Shown: positions 47,810-56,849 of the stretch, in pieces
Layout: the number at the start of each line of letters is the position of its first letter
Position numbering within the stretch: position 1 is the first letter of the stretch
From: an uncultured Thiothrix sp.
GTDB lineage: Bacteria > Pseudomonadota > Gammaproteobacteria > Poriferisulfidales > GCA-002705445
DNA length: 64,000 bases
Direction of reading: 5' to 3'
Assembly (NCBI GenBank): GCA_902595225.1
Contig: CACJPG010000002.1
Location: 65,151-129,150, forward strand
Notes under the pieces: model-generated
What the model was told of the DNA's origin: nothing
Database searches by the model: none
Seen by the model: only the letters and a program-made list of their open reading frames with translations
Program-made: the position numbers and the translations under genes

Positions 47810-48465
47810 AAATTCTTTCAGTCAATACATCGCCACCTAAAAAGATAAATTTCAAGAATAAAATTGTAAACACAAGTATTTTTAAAGAACCAAAGAACAA
47901 TGAACTAAGTGTTACGAAAAACGGACTTGAGGGTGACAGGCAAGCCGATTTATTAGCCCATGGAGGCATAAATAAAGCTATTTACGCTTATTCCTATAAA
48001 CATTATGAATATTGGGGTAATTTTCTGAGAAAGGATTTTTCTGAAGAATATGGACTGGTTGGTGAGAATTTAACGATAGATGACTTTGATGAAAAAAATA
48101 TTTATATAGGCGATGAGTTTAAAATTTCTGAAGCTATTCTTAAAGTTACGCAACCCAGAATTCCTTGTTATAAAATTAGCATTAAGATGAATGAGAAAAA
48201 CTTTATGAAATATTTCATAGAATATAATTACCTTGGAATTTATATGAAGGTTATAAATGATGGGAAAATTAAAAAAGGCGATGAAATAGAGCTAATCTAT
48301 CGAGAGCCTAATTCCATGACTATTTATGACATATCTATGCTTCTTTTTTCTGATACTAATATTGAAAAAATGAAAAAAGCAGCCTCACTTGACTTTTTGA
48401 CAGATGAAATAAAGCAACGTTTTAATGAAAGACTTGCTAAACTAGGACATTACGAAACAATATGA
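47806..48465 (+). CDS. MOSC domain protein (YiiM-like)
   Basis: 219 aa with ...GL.GD.QADL..HGG..KA.Y.Y... and ...TQPRIPCYK.... Confidence 0.75.
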   Translation: MKILSVNTSPPKKINFKNKIVNTSIFKEPKNNELSVTKNGLEGDRQADLLAHGGINKAIYAYSYKHYEYWGNFLRKDFSEEYGLVGENLTIDDFDEKNIYIGDEFKISEAILKVTQPRIPCYKISIKMNEKNFMKYFIEYNYLGIYMKVINDGKIKKGDEIELIYREPNSMTIYDISMLLFSDTNIEKMKKAASLDFLTDEIKQRFNERLAKLGHYETI

Positions 48466-48475
48466 TTTTTTTATT

Positions 48476-48778
48476 ATGGAAAAAATAAGAATCTTCTTTA
48501 AAGTTCAAACCAATTATCAACTTTTTATGGTTAATCTTGTTTTTGCATTAACCGGAACATCCTCTTTAGTTTGTGCAGATTACATTTTGGAAATTCTATA
48601 CGTGAATCCAGATACATTTGGGATTGCATCTTATTGGACAATAAGAATTATTCTCATTTTACCAATTTATCAGGTGCTACTTATTTTTGTTGGAGCTATA
48701 TTTGGTGAGTTTTCTTATTTTTGGGAAATGGAAAAAAAAACCTTAAAAAAATTTAATTCAATTTTTAAAAAAAAATAA
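48476..48778 (+). CDS. small membrane protein
   Basis: 100 aa with 2-3 TM segments. Confidence 0.5.
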   Translation: MEKIRIFFKVQTNYQLFMVNLVFALTGTSSLVCADYILEILYVNPDTFGIASYWTIRIILILPIYQVLLIFVGAIFGEFSYFWEMEKKTLKKFNSIFKKK

Positions 48779-48850
48779 AAACAGTAATTAAAAATAAATA
48801 TTTTTGTTACAATTGACGCAATTTTAATTTCTGAGAGGTTAGGAGAAAAA

Positions 48851-49285
48851 ATGGAAAATATCAATAGGCAAAAAGTTATATCAATTTTAAATGATATAAT
48901 GAAGTATGAGTTAGCAGGAGTGGTTAGGTATACGCATTCTGCTCTAATGGTAGTTGGCCCTTATAGAGAAAGCTTAGTGACATACTTTAACGAACAATCA
49001 ACCGAATCGTTAGCACATGCGCAAAGTGCGGGAGAGCTTTTAGTGAGTCTTGGTGGACATCCTTCACAAGAGGTTTCGATAATCGATGAGTCAAATGAGC
49101 ATAATGTTTCTGCATTACTATCTGAGAGTTTAGACCATGAGAGACAGGCTGTTTCACTTTACAAAGAACTTCTAGAAGAAGTTGTAGATAAAAGTATTTA
49201 TTTAGAAGAGTATGCAAAAGAGATGATAAAGAACGAGGAGATTCATAGCTTAACAGTAGAAAAAATGCTTAAAGATTATGAGTAA
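48851..49285 (+). CDS. ferritin-like (bacterioferritin/Dps superfamily) protein
   Basis: 144 aa four-helix pattern with E...H and E..H pairs (ELAGVVRY.H, ESLDHERQ, NEEIH). Confidence 0.55.
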   Translation: MENINRQKVISILNDIMKYELAGVVRYTHSALMVVGPYRESLVTYFNEQSTESLAHAQSAGELLVSLGGHPSQEVSIIDESNEHNVSALLSESLDHERQAVSLYKELLEEVVDKSIYLEEYAKEMIKNEEIHSLTVEKMLKDYE

Positions 49286-50297
49286 AGCACCAAATAATTT
49301 TACCCAAAGAGTCTTATCTGGTGTACAGCCAACAGGTGGACTTCATTTAGGTAATTATTTAGGTGCAATAAAAAATTTTGTACCTCTTCAAGAGCAATAC
49401 GAATCCTTATTTTGCGTGGTTGATTTGCATGCTATAACAACTTGGCAAGATCCATCAGATTTAATATCTAAAAAATGTGAAGTTGCTGCAGCCTTTATAG
49501 CATCTGGCATAAATCCTGATAAGAGCATTATTTTTAATCAATCACAAGTACCTGAGCATACTCAGTTAAGTTGGGTACTAAATTGTGTTGCCAGAATGGG
49601 TTGGCTCAATAGGATGACCCAATTTAAAGATAAAGCTGGTAAAAATAAAGAAAACGTAAGTGTTGGTCTTTTTACTTATCCGGTTCTAATGGCGGCAGAT
49701 ATATTACTTTATAAGGCAACGCATGTTCCTGTTGGTGAAGATCAAAAACAACATTTGGAATTAACTAGAGATATTGCTCTAAAATTTAATAATGATTTTA
49801 ACAAAGAAGTCTTTCCACTTCCTGAGCCAATAATAATGAAAAAGGCTGCAAGAATAATGAGTTTAAGGGATGCATCAAAAAAAATGAGCAAATCAGACAC
49901 TTCAGATTTTTCAAGAATTTCACTTACAGATAGTAATGAAGAAATAGAGAAAAAAATAAAAAAAGCAAAAACAGATGCGTTACCTATTCCAGACTCAAAT
50001 AGATCTTTGGAAGATATGCCAGAGGCAAAAAACCTTTTGACTATTTTCTCTGCTTGCGAGGAAGAAGATTTTGAGAAAACTTTTGATAAATTTAAAGGTA
50101 AAAATTTCTCAGAATTGAAAAGAGATCTCACCGAAGTTTTAATTAATAAAATTGGGCCAATAAGAGATGAAATGAAAAAATTGAATAATGATAAAAAATA
50201 TTTGATTCAAATATTAAATCGTGGTTCACAAAAAGCTCAAAAAATTTCAATAAAGGTTCTGAAAGAAGTTTATGAAGTAACTGGATTAACGTTATAA
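49278..50297 (+). CDS. trpS: tryptophan--tRNA ligase
   Basis: 339 aa with the HIGH-like GGLHLGNYLG and KMSKS motifs. Confidence 0.96.
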   Translation: MSKAPNNFTQRVLSGVQPTGGLHLGNYLGAIKNFVPLQEQYESLFCVVDLHAITTWQDPSDLISKKCEVAAAFIASGINPDKSIIFNQSQVPEHTQLSWVLNCVARMGWLNRMTQFKDKAGKNKENVSVGLFTYPVLMAADILLYKATHVPVGEDQKQHLELTRDIALKFNNDFNKEVFPLPEPIIMKKAARIMSLRDASKKMSKSDTSDFSRISLTDSNEEIEKKIKKAKTDALPIPDSNRSLEDMPEAKNLLTIFSACEEEDFEKTFDKFKGKNFSELKRDLTEVLINKIGPIRDEMKKLNNDKKYLIQILNRGSQKAQKISIKVLKEVYEVTGLTL

Positions 50298-50308
50298 AGA
50301 TAGATAAG

Positions 50309-50923
50309 TTGTTAAGTCAAAAGAAAATATTTGCAGAATTAGTTCATAAAGATAAAAAACTTGAACTAATACTTGATATTGATAAAAAATGCCCTTTCCT
50401 CGAAAAACGCCAACTTAGTGAAGAATTGCTATTTTTTGAGTTAAGTCAATCTATTGTTGGCCAGCAAATTTCTGCAAAAGCAGCTGATGCTATATGGAAT
50501 AGATTGATTTCTTTTTCTGGTAAAAAACAATCTTTTTTAAAATTTATGTCAGAGTCAGATTTGAAATGGGCGAGATCACAGGGCTTGTCACAAAGAAAGC
50601 ATGAATATATAAAAGAAATCGCAATAAAAATACTTTCACAAGAACTGTCCTTGAAATCTGTTGAAAATATGAGTAATGGTGAGGCTATAAATTTTTTATC
50701 TTCCCTAAAAGGCATAGGACCATGGACATCCGAAATGTTTCTAATGTTTGCATATAGAAGATTGGATGTATTCTCGATAGGTGATATTGCTTTAAGAAGA
50801 GCAATTACAAAACTATATGCTGTTGATAGTAAAAATCATGAAAAAATGATTAAAATTTCACAAATTTGGGCACCCTATAGGTCAATTGTATGTTGGTATT
50901 TGTGGGAGTATCTAGGGGTGTAG
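50309..50923 (+). CDS. DNA-3-methyladenine glycosylase II family (HhH-GPD) protein
   Basis: 204 aa, TTG start, HhH-GPD motif ...LKGIGPWTSEMFLMF...D.F..GD.ALRRA.... Confidence 0.75.
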   Translation: MLSQKKIFAELVHKDKKLELILDIDKKCPFLEKRQLSEELLFFELSQSIVGQQISAKAADAIWNRLISFSGKKQSFLKFMSESDLKWARSQGLSQRKHEYIKEIAIKILSQELSLKSVENMSNGEAINFLSSLKGIGPWTSEMFLMFAYRRLDVFSIGDIALRRAITKLYAVDSKNHEKMIKISQIWAPYRSIVCWYLWEYLGV

Positions 50924-50926
50924 GCT

Positions 50927-51106
50927 TTAGAAGTCGTAAGTTATACCTTTTCTTTCCCAATCGCCATATCGGGTAGGTTCAAGTCCTTTTGGGCCATTTT
51001 TTTCTTTTGCTCTAAGAATTGCTATTTCCTTTTTCTTACGAGCTTTAGCCTCTGCTAGAGCTTTCTTTGCATTTTCCTTATGTTTTTCGTCCAAAGTTTT
51101 GTTCAT
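50927..51106 (-). CDS. DUF1674 (SDHAF4-like) small protein
   Basis: Below the ORF-track cutoff. Hand translation of the reverse strand gives MNKTLDEKHKENAKKALAEAKARKKKEIAILRAKEKNGPKGLEPTRYGDWERKGITYDF (59 aa). The ...EPTRYGDWE.KG...DF C-terminus is the DUF1674 signature. Confidence 0.65.
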   Translation of the reverse strand: MNKTLDEKHKENAKKALAEAKARKKKEIAILRAKEKNGPKGLEPTRYGDWERKGITYDF

Positions 51107-51192
51107 AAAATTATTAAACCATATATGAGAATTTTAAAAAATATTAAAGTATAATACGTTACGTAAATTATTTTAACAATAGGGAAATTAAC

Positions 51193-51648
51193 ATGAAAAA
51201 AACAATCAAACTTTATTTATTAATATCTTTATTTTTGGCGAGTAACTTTTCTTTTGCCGGAGATACACATATTGTAAAGATGTTGAACATGTCAGACGAG
51301 GGATCTATGGTTTTTGAGCCGGCATTTATAAAGATTAACGCTGGGGATAGCATTACTTTTGAAATGACAGATGCTGGACATAACGCAGCAACAGTCTATG
51401 GACCAGCTGGAAGTGTACCTTTTGATACAAAATATAAACCATCTACTACCATAAAATTTGATGTTAGCGGTTTATACCTTTATAAATGTTCACCCCATGC
51501 AATGATGGCAATGGCAGGAATAATTCAAGTATCTGATACAAACAATAAATCAGAAATGAAAGAAGCGGTTGATAAGTTCGAGGCAACTGTGATGGTTCCA
51601 AATGCAAAAACAAGAATGTCAGATTTATTTAACGACAATGTCAAATAA
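51193..51648 (+). CDS. pseudoazurin-type blue copper protein
   Basis: 151 aa with a signal peptide. Candidate copper ligands are H in ...DAGHNA... and C-x2-H-x4-M in YKCSPHAMMAM. Confidence 0.75.
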   Translation: MKKTIKLYLLISLFLASNFSFAGDTHIVKMLNMSDEGSMVFEPAFIKINAGDSITFEMTDAGHNAATVYGPAGSVPFDTKYKPSTTIKFDVSGLYLYKCSPHAMMAMAGIIQVSDTNNKSEMKEAVDKFEATVMVPNAKTRMSDLFNDNVK

Positions 51649-51662
51649 TTAGGGCTATTGAT

Positions 51663-51698
51663 ATATAGAGATTCATACTATCTTATGAGTCTCTATAT
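51663..51698. terminator. 15-bp stem hairpin between convergent genes (possible bidirectional terminator)
   Basis: atatagagattcata (51663-51677) pairs 14/15 with tatgagtctctatat (51684-51698). The second arm overlaps the dksA stop codon. Confidence 0.4.
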
Positions 51699-52093
51699 GC
51701 TTTCTCAATTCTTTCTTGCCTGCTTTTCTCTTCTGCACAAAATAAAGCGGTAGGTCTCACCAGTAATCTTTCAATACCGATTGCTTCACCAGTATTTATG
51801 CAGTAACCATAACTTCCTTCATCAATTCGTTTAATTGCCTCATCAATTTTTGGAAGGAGCTTAGATTCTCTATCAAGAATTCTTAATCTTAGATGAATTT
51901 CTTCCTCGACTTGAGCTCTATCTAAATCATCACATTCCCTTGATTGTTTTGATAGCTCTGTACGTTCATTTTCTAAATGTTGTCGCAACTCTTTCTTCAT
52001 GTTTAGAAGACGTTCCTTAAAGAATTCCAATTGGTCTTCATTCATATATCTACTTGCGGCTGCTTTTTTAATTTTTGCTTCAGTGTATTTCAT
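51683..52093 (-). CDS. dksA: RNA polymerase-binding transcription factor DksA (2-Cys variant)
   Basis: 136 aa with a coiled-coil containing the ...DDLDRAQVEEE... tip. The zinc-finger region reads YGYCINTGEAIG...LFCAEEK, keeping only 2 of the canonical 4 Cys. Confidence 0.85.
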   Translation of the reverse strand: MKYTEAKIKKAAASRYMNEDQLEFFKERLLNMKKELRQHLENERTELSKQSRECDDLDRAQVEEEIHLRLRILDRESKLLPKIDEAIKRIDEGSYGYCINTGEAIGIERLLVRPTALFCAEEKSRQERIEKAYRDS

Positions 52094-52207
52094 TATTTAT
52101 CCTTTTAAATCACCTACTATGAAGAAATATTCTAACGCGCGCTATTATACAAGGGTTTAAAGTACAAACAAGATTTATTTTTCTAAATATAAGCTAATGT
52201 TTTTATT

Positions 52208-53512
52208 TCAATTTTTGCTTAAAGATATAATATTTAAGCCTTTTAGAAGGTTTATAGCCTCTGAGAGTTGGTAGTCATTTTCTATTTTTTTATTTTGCTT
52301 TTTAAGTTTGCTATTCCCGTTTTTCTTATCCGTGTTTTTGAGATGACCAAGAAGATCTGACTCTTTAAGAATTTTATCTTTTGAAGCAGAACTAAACTCA
52401 AGATTTTCAACAATTATATCTGGCGTAATACCTTTTGCTTGAATAGATCTTCCATTCGGAGTGTAGTATCGCGCAGTCGTCATTTTTACTGCTGTTTTTG
52501 ATGATATAGGTAAAATTGTCTGCACAGATCCTTTCCCAAAAGATTGAGTACCCATAATGATCGCTCTCTTATGATCTTGTAAGGCACCTGCAACAATCTC
52601 GGAGGCTGATGCTGAGCCACCATTTATAAGGACAACTATTGGCTTGCCATCCGCAAGGTCCGTATCATTTGAGACAAATTCATACATTGCGTCTTCTGCT
52701 CTTCCTCTCGTAAAAACAATTTTCTTTTTACCTTTTATAAATGCATCACTTACATCTACTGCGGCTCCGAGGACACCGCCAGGATTATTTCTCATGTCTA
52801 TTACATACCCTTTGATGTTATTTTTTGTAATTGCTTTTAAATCTTTAAGAGCTTCTTTCAAATTTTTTCCAGTTTTACTTTGGAAGCTTGAAATTCTTAT
52901 ATAACCAAAATTATCTTCAATGACTTCGTATTTAACGCTTTTTACTTTTATCTTGTCTCTAGTTATTTTTACTTCGATAGGCGAGCTTTCCCCTTCTCTA
53001 GCAATTGTTAGTAGAATAGAAGTTCCTATTTTACCTCTCATTAAATCTACTGCCTCACTAAGAGACATACCTTGCACAGAGTTATTATCTATCTCAATTA
53101 TTAGATCACCTGACTGTATTCCAGCATTAAAAGCAGGTGTATCATCAATAGGGGTAATAACTTTTACATATCCTCCTTCCATAGTTATCTCTATTCCAAG
53201 TCCGCCGAATTCACCTTTTGTGCCTATTTTTAAATCTTTAAAATCTTTTTCATTTAAAAAAGTAGAATGAGGATCTAAGCCCTCAAGCATTCCTTTAATA
53301 GCATTATCGAATATTTCTTTATCAGAGATTTCTTGAACATAATTTTGTTTAATTTTTAAATACACTTCAGAGAAAGCTTGAAGCTGATTTAATGGTAAAC
53401 TTGTTTTTGCAGCATGAACATTTTTATTATTATAGGTATAAAACAAAAAAATACTTATTAGGAAAATTCCTAAAAAAACAGCAAAGTTCTTAAATTTTAT
53501 TTTTTTCATCAC
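52208..53512 (-). CDS. carboxy-terminal processing peptidase (S41 family)
   Basis: 434 aa with an N-terminal anchor, a PDZ segment, ...NGGSASASEI... and ...SFGKGSVQ.... Confidence 0.9.
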   Translation of the reverse strand: MMKKIKFKNFAVFLGIFLISIFLFYTYNNKNVHAAKTSLPLNQLQAFSEVYLKIKQNYVQEISDKEIFDNAIKGMLEGLDPHSTFLNEKDFKDLKIGTKGEFGGLGIEITMEGGYVKVITPIDDTPAFNAGIQSGDLIIEIDNNSVQGMSLSEAVDLMRGKIGTSILLTIAREGESSPIEVKITRDKIKVKSVKYEVIEDNFGYIRISSFQSKTGKNLKEALKDLKAITKNNIKGYVIDMRNNPGGVLGAAVDVSDAFIKGKKKIVFTRGRAEDAMYEFVSNDTDLADGKPIVVLINGGSASASEIVAGALQDHKRAIIMGTQSFGKGSVQTILPISSKTAVKMTTARYYTPNGRSIQAKGITPDIIVENLEFSSASKDKILKESDLLGHLKNTDKKNGNSKLKKQNKKIENDYQLSEAINLLKGLNIISLSKN

Positions 53513-53671
53513 TCTATATTATTAGAATTTAACCAAACAGCCAAATCAAAATTTTTTAAGTTTTAATTGTTCACATTTCGTAATGATTTATAATTTCTTT
53601 ATTACTTTATTATAATTAACTTATAAAGTTAAAAAAGTATCGTAAATAATTAATTTTTAATTAAATTAATT

Positions 53672-53689
53672 TATTAGACATATCTAATA
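53672..53689. promoter_or_regulatory. palindrome TATTAGA-caTA-TCTAATA upstream of the ArsR-family gene (candidate operator)
   Basis: Perfect 7-bp inverted repeat with a 4-nt spacer, 66 nt upstream of the start codon at 53755. Confidence 0.35.
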
Positions 53690-53754
53690 TTGATTGGTAA
53701 CATGGTTTCAGAAATTATAACAACAACAAAATTTGATTTTAAGAGGGAAGCTTT

Positions 53755-54084
53755 ATGTCAGAAGCTGCTGGTGAAAGAATAGATCATAGTACTGTTACTC
53801 AAGATGATATTGATAGAGCCTCGCGCTCAATAAAGGCAATGTCTCACCCTTTACGACTTAAAATACTTTGTATTTTAGGAGATAGTGAATTCAGCGTGCA
53901 AGATATAGTTGACACAGTGGGTACATCTCAAAGTAATATTTCGCAGCATTTAGGAATTTTAAAAGATAAAGGTGTCCTAGAGACCAGAAAAGAAGCTAAT
54001 AAGGTTTTTTATAGAGTTAGCGACGAAAGAACTTTGAAATTGCTTGAAATGATGAGAGAAGTTTTTTGTTCTTCACATAAATAA
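53755..54084 (+). CDS. ArsR/SmtB family transcriptional regulator
   Basis: 109 aa winged HTH: ...KAMSHPLRLKILCIL...SVQDIV...G.SQSNISQHL..LKDKG.... Confidence 0.85.
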   Translation: MSEAAGERIDHSTVTQDDIDRASRSIKAMSHPLRLKILCILGDSEFSVQDIVDTVGTSQSNISQHLGILKDKGVLETRKEANKVFYRVSDERTLKLLEMMREVFCSSHK

Positions 54085-54098
54085 AAGAATTATTTGTT

Positions 54099-54521
54099 AT
54101 GCAAGACTATTTAAATTTTATTTCAAATAATCCGGTACTTTTTTCTTTATTTTTCGTGATACTTGCTTTCATAATATTTCACGAATTTAGAAATTTTACT
54201 CAAAAATTTACATCTATCTCACCTCAGGAAGCTGTATTTCTAATAAATAAGGATGCATTTATATTAGATGTAAGAGAAAAAACAGAGTTAGAGCAAGGTT
54301 CAATTAAAAACTCTAAACATATTAGTTATTCATCTTTTAAATCTAGTATTGATAGTATAAAAAAATACTCTAATAAACCTACAATAGTTTATTGCAAGTC
54401 AGGTGTGAGATCTTCTAGTATTTCAAATATCTTAACAAAAAATAATTTTGATGAAGTATATTCAATAAAAGGGGGGTTCGAAGCTTGGGTTTCAGAAAAC
54501 CTTCCAGTGGTGAAAAGTTAA
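54099..54521 (+). CDS. membrane-anchored rhodanese-domain protein (YibN-like)
   Basis: 140 aa with an N-terminal TM and active-site loop CKSGVRS. Lies upstream of grxC, as E. coli yibN does. Confidence 0.75.
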   Translation: MQDYLNFISNNPVLFSLFFVILAFIIFHEFRNFTQKFTSISPQEAVFLINKDAFILDVREKTELEQGSIKNSKHISYSSFKSSIDSIKKYSNKPTIVYCKSGVRSSSISNILTKNNFDEVYSIKGGFEAWVSENLPVVKS

Positions 54522-54522
54522 A

Positions 54523-54771
54523 ATGATTGTAAAGATATATTCAACTGCGATTTGCCCTTACTGCGAAAGAGCAAAAATGTTACTTGAAAAGAGGAACATC
54601 AAATATACAGAATTTAAGATAGATGAAGATGTGAAATTATTTGAAGAAATGCTTGCATTGTCAAACGGAAGACGCTCGGTACCACAAATATTTATCGATG
54701 ATCAACATATTGGCGGATATGATGATCTTGTAGATTTTGATCTTGATGGTGGCTTAAAGAGTGATGAGTAA
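54523..54771 (+). CDS. grxC: glutaredoxin 3
   Basis: 82 aa with the CPYC active site and ...VPQIFI...HIGGYDDL.... Confidence 0.9.
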   Translation: MIVKIYSTAICPYCERAKMLLEKRNIKYTEFKIDEDVKLFEEMLALSNGRRSVPQIFIDDQHIGGYDDLVDFDLDGGLKSDE

Positions 54772-54786
54772 AAAAATAAATTATCT

Positions 54787-55761
54787 ATGAATCTCCCAAA
54801 ATCCTCTATTGACGCTGTGATAATTGGTTCTGGTGCTTGGGGAAGGGCTCTTGCTTTTACACTTTCGCGTAATGATAAGAAAGTCTTGGTTCAATTTAGA
54901 AATAAAAAGCCAAGTAAAAAAGAATGTGATCTCCCTAATATAGAATTTATAAATGATATCAGCGAGATTATATCTTTATCAAAGCCAATTATAATTTCAA
55001 CGCCAGTTTCATCACTAGAAAGCATTGGCAGAATTTTAAAAAATAATAATATTTTGAATATACCAATCTTACTTACTTGTAAAGGTATAGAGTCAAAATC
55101 TGGTCTTTTCCCCACTGAAGTAATGAGTAAATATATTGACATAAATAATCTTGCAGTAATGTCTGGTCCCTCTTTTGCTGCAGAGGTGCTTAAAAATAAA
55201 CCAACCGCTGTAACGCTAGCTGCACAAAATGAAAAAGTTTTAAAAATTTTTAGTAAGTTATTTCATCATAAGTATTTTCGTGTCTATGAGGCTAAAGATA
55301 TGCTTGGATGCCAAATTGGTGGCGCTATGAAAAATATATTGTCTGTAGCTGTTGGTATCTCAGACGGTTTGGAGCTTGGTTCTAATGCAAAAGCTGCATT
55401 AATCACAAGAGGTATGGTAGAAATTAAGCAAGTTGGAGAAGCACTTAACTGTAATGAGAAAACGATATCTGGGCTCAGTGGAATTGGAGATCTTGTGCTA
55501 ACAGCAAATGATAATCAGTCCAGAAATAGAAGATTTGGAATAGAGATTGCAAGAGGTATCAGCGTGGAAGATGCAGAAGCAAAAATTGGTCAAGTTGTCG
55601 AAGGTATTAATGCTTCAAAAGGTTTACAATTATTAGCTAAAAAATATAATCTAAATTTACCAATATGCAATAAAGTTTTTGATATAATTAATGGCGTAAT
55701 TGATCCTAAATCCGCTGTTAATGATCTTTTGGTAAGAGAACAAAAACAAGAGTTTATTTAA
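54787..55761 (+). CDS. gpsA: NAD(P)H-dependent glycerol-3-phosphate dehydrogenase
   Basis: 324 aa with the Rossmann motif IGSGAWG and ...GALKN..A.A.GI.DG.... Confidence 0.93.
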   Translation: MNLPKSSIDAVIIGSGAWGRALAFTLSRNDKKVLVQFRNKKPSKKECDLPNIEFINDISEIISLSKPIIISTPVSSLESIGRILKNNNILNIPILLTCKGIESKSGLFPTEVMSKYIDINNLAVMSGPSFAAEVLKNKPTAVTLAAQNEKVLKIFSKLFHHKYFRVYEAKDMLGCQIGGAMKNILSVAVGISDGLELGSNAKAALITRGMVEIKQVGEALNCNEKTISGLSGIGDLVLTANDNQSRNRRFGIEIARGISVEDAEAKIGQVVEGINASKGLQLLAKKYNLNLPICNKVFDIINGVIDPKSAVNDLLVREQKQEFI

Positions 55762-55790
55762 AAAAATTGTGAAGCTAAGACAAGCTAAGA

Positions 55791-56843
55791 ATGTATAAAA
55801 AATTATTCGAATTATATTTTAAAAAAACTGATCCCGAATTAGCGCATAAATTTGCTATTAACATTATAAAAAATCCATTGCTTTTAAAAAATCCTTTTAT
55901 TCAGGATAATTTTAAAAACCTCAATCAAAAGTTATTTAATTTACATTTTAAAAATCCAATAGGTTTAGCAGCTGGTTTTGATAAAAACGGAGAGATATAT
56001 AATAAAGTTGGAAAACTTGGGTTTGGCTTTACCGAAGTTGGTACAGTTACGCCTGAACCTCAATTTGGTAACCAGAAACCAAGAGTCTTTAGACTTACTG
56101 AGGATCAAGCAATAATTAATAGATTAGGATTTCCAAATGACGGTATGTTTGAAATAAAACGTCGAATGGAAAATTCATTGCCCATGGGGATTTGTGGTGT
56201 AAATATTGGCCCTAACAAGCAAAATGCACATGAATCCGCTGATTTCTTAAAATGTTTTGAACAGTTTTTTAATATTACATCATACATTACTGTGAATATT
56301 TCTTCTCCGAATACACCTAAACTAAGACTACAACACAAAAGAGAAAATATTAAAAAACTGATTGAAGAACTTCACATAAAAAGAGATTCATTATCTTCAA
56401 AAATACCTATACTTTTTAAAATATCACCTGATATAAATATTTTAGAAGTAGAGGAATTGAGTAAAGTTTTTCTTGAGAGTAGCATTGATGGCTTAATTCT
56501 TACAAATACAAGTATTTATAATAAAGATAAGCTAAATAGCTTAAATAGAATTGAAGAGGGTGGTTTGTCAGGACCACCAATTGAAAATACATCGAATCTT
56601 TTGATTCAAGAATTTTACAAAAATATTGGTAGAAAAATACCAATTATTGGAGTCGGTGGAATTAGAGATGGAAAAAGTGCTTTTGAAAAAATTAAGTCAG
56701 GTGCATCTTTGTTACAGCTTTATACTTCAATGATTTATGAGGGACCATTCGTTGCAAATAAAATTAATAGAGAGTTAAGTCTAATTTTAAAAGAAAAAGG
56801 TATTGAAAATATTTCTAGCGCAATAGGATTAAACTGTAATTAG
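55791..56843 (+). CDS. pyrD: dihydroorotate dehydrogenase (quinone), class 2
   Basis: 350 aa with ...GLAAGFDKNGE..., ...EVGTVTP.PQ.GN.KPR.FRL..., ...NISSPNTP.LR.... Confidence 0.93.
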   Translation: MYKKLFELYFKKTDPELAHKFAINIIKNPLLLKNPFIQDNFKNLNQKLFNLHFKNPIGLAAGFDKNGEIYNKVGKLGFGFTEVGTVTPEPQFGNQKPRVFRLTEDQAIINRLGFPNDGMFEIKRRMENSLPMGICGVNIGPNKQNAHESADFLKCFEQFFNITSYITVNISSPNTPKLRLQHKRENIKKLIEELHIKRDSLSSKIPILFKISPDINILEVEELSKVFLESSIDGLILTNTSIYNKDKLNSLNRIEEGGLSGPPIENTSNLLIQEFYKNIGRKIPIIGVGGIRDGKSAFEKIKSGASLLQLYTSMIYEGPFVANKINRELSLILKEKGIENISSAIGLNCN

Positions 56844-56849
56844 ATATAT

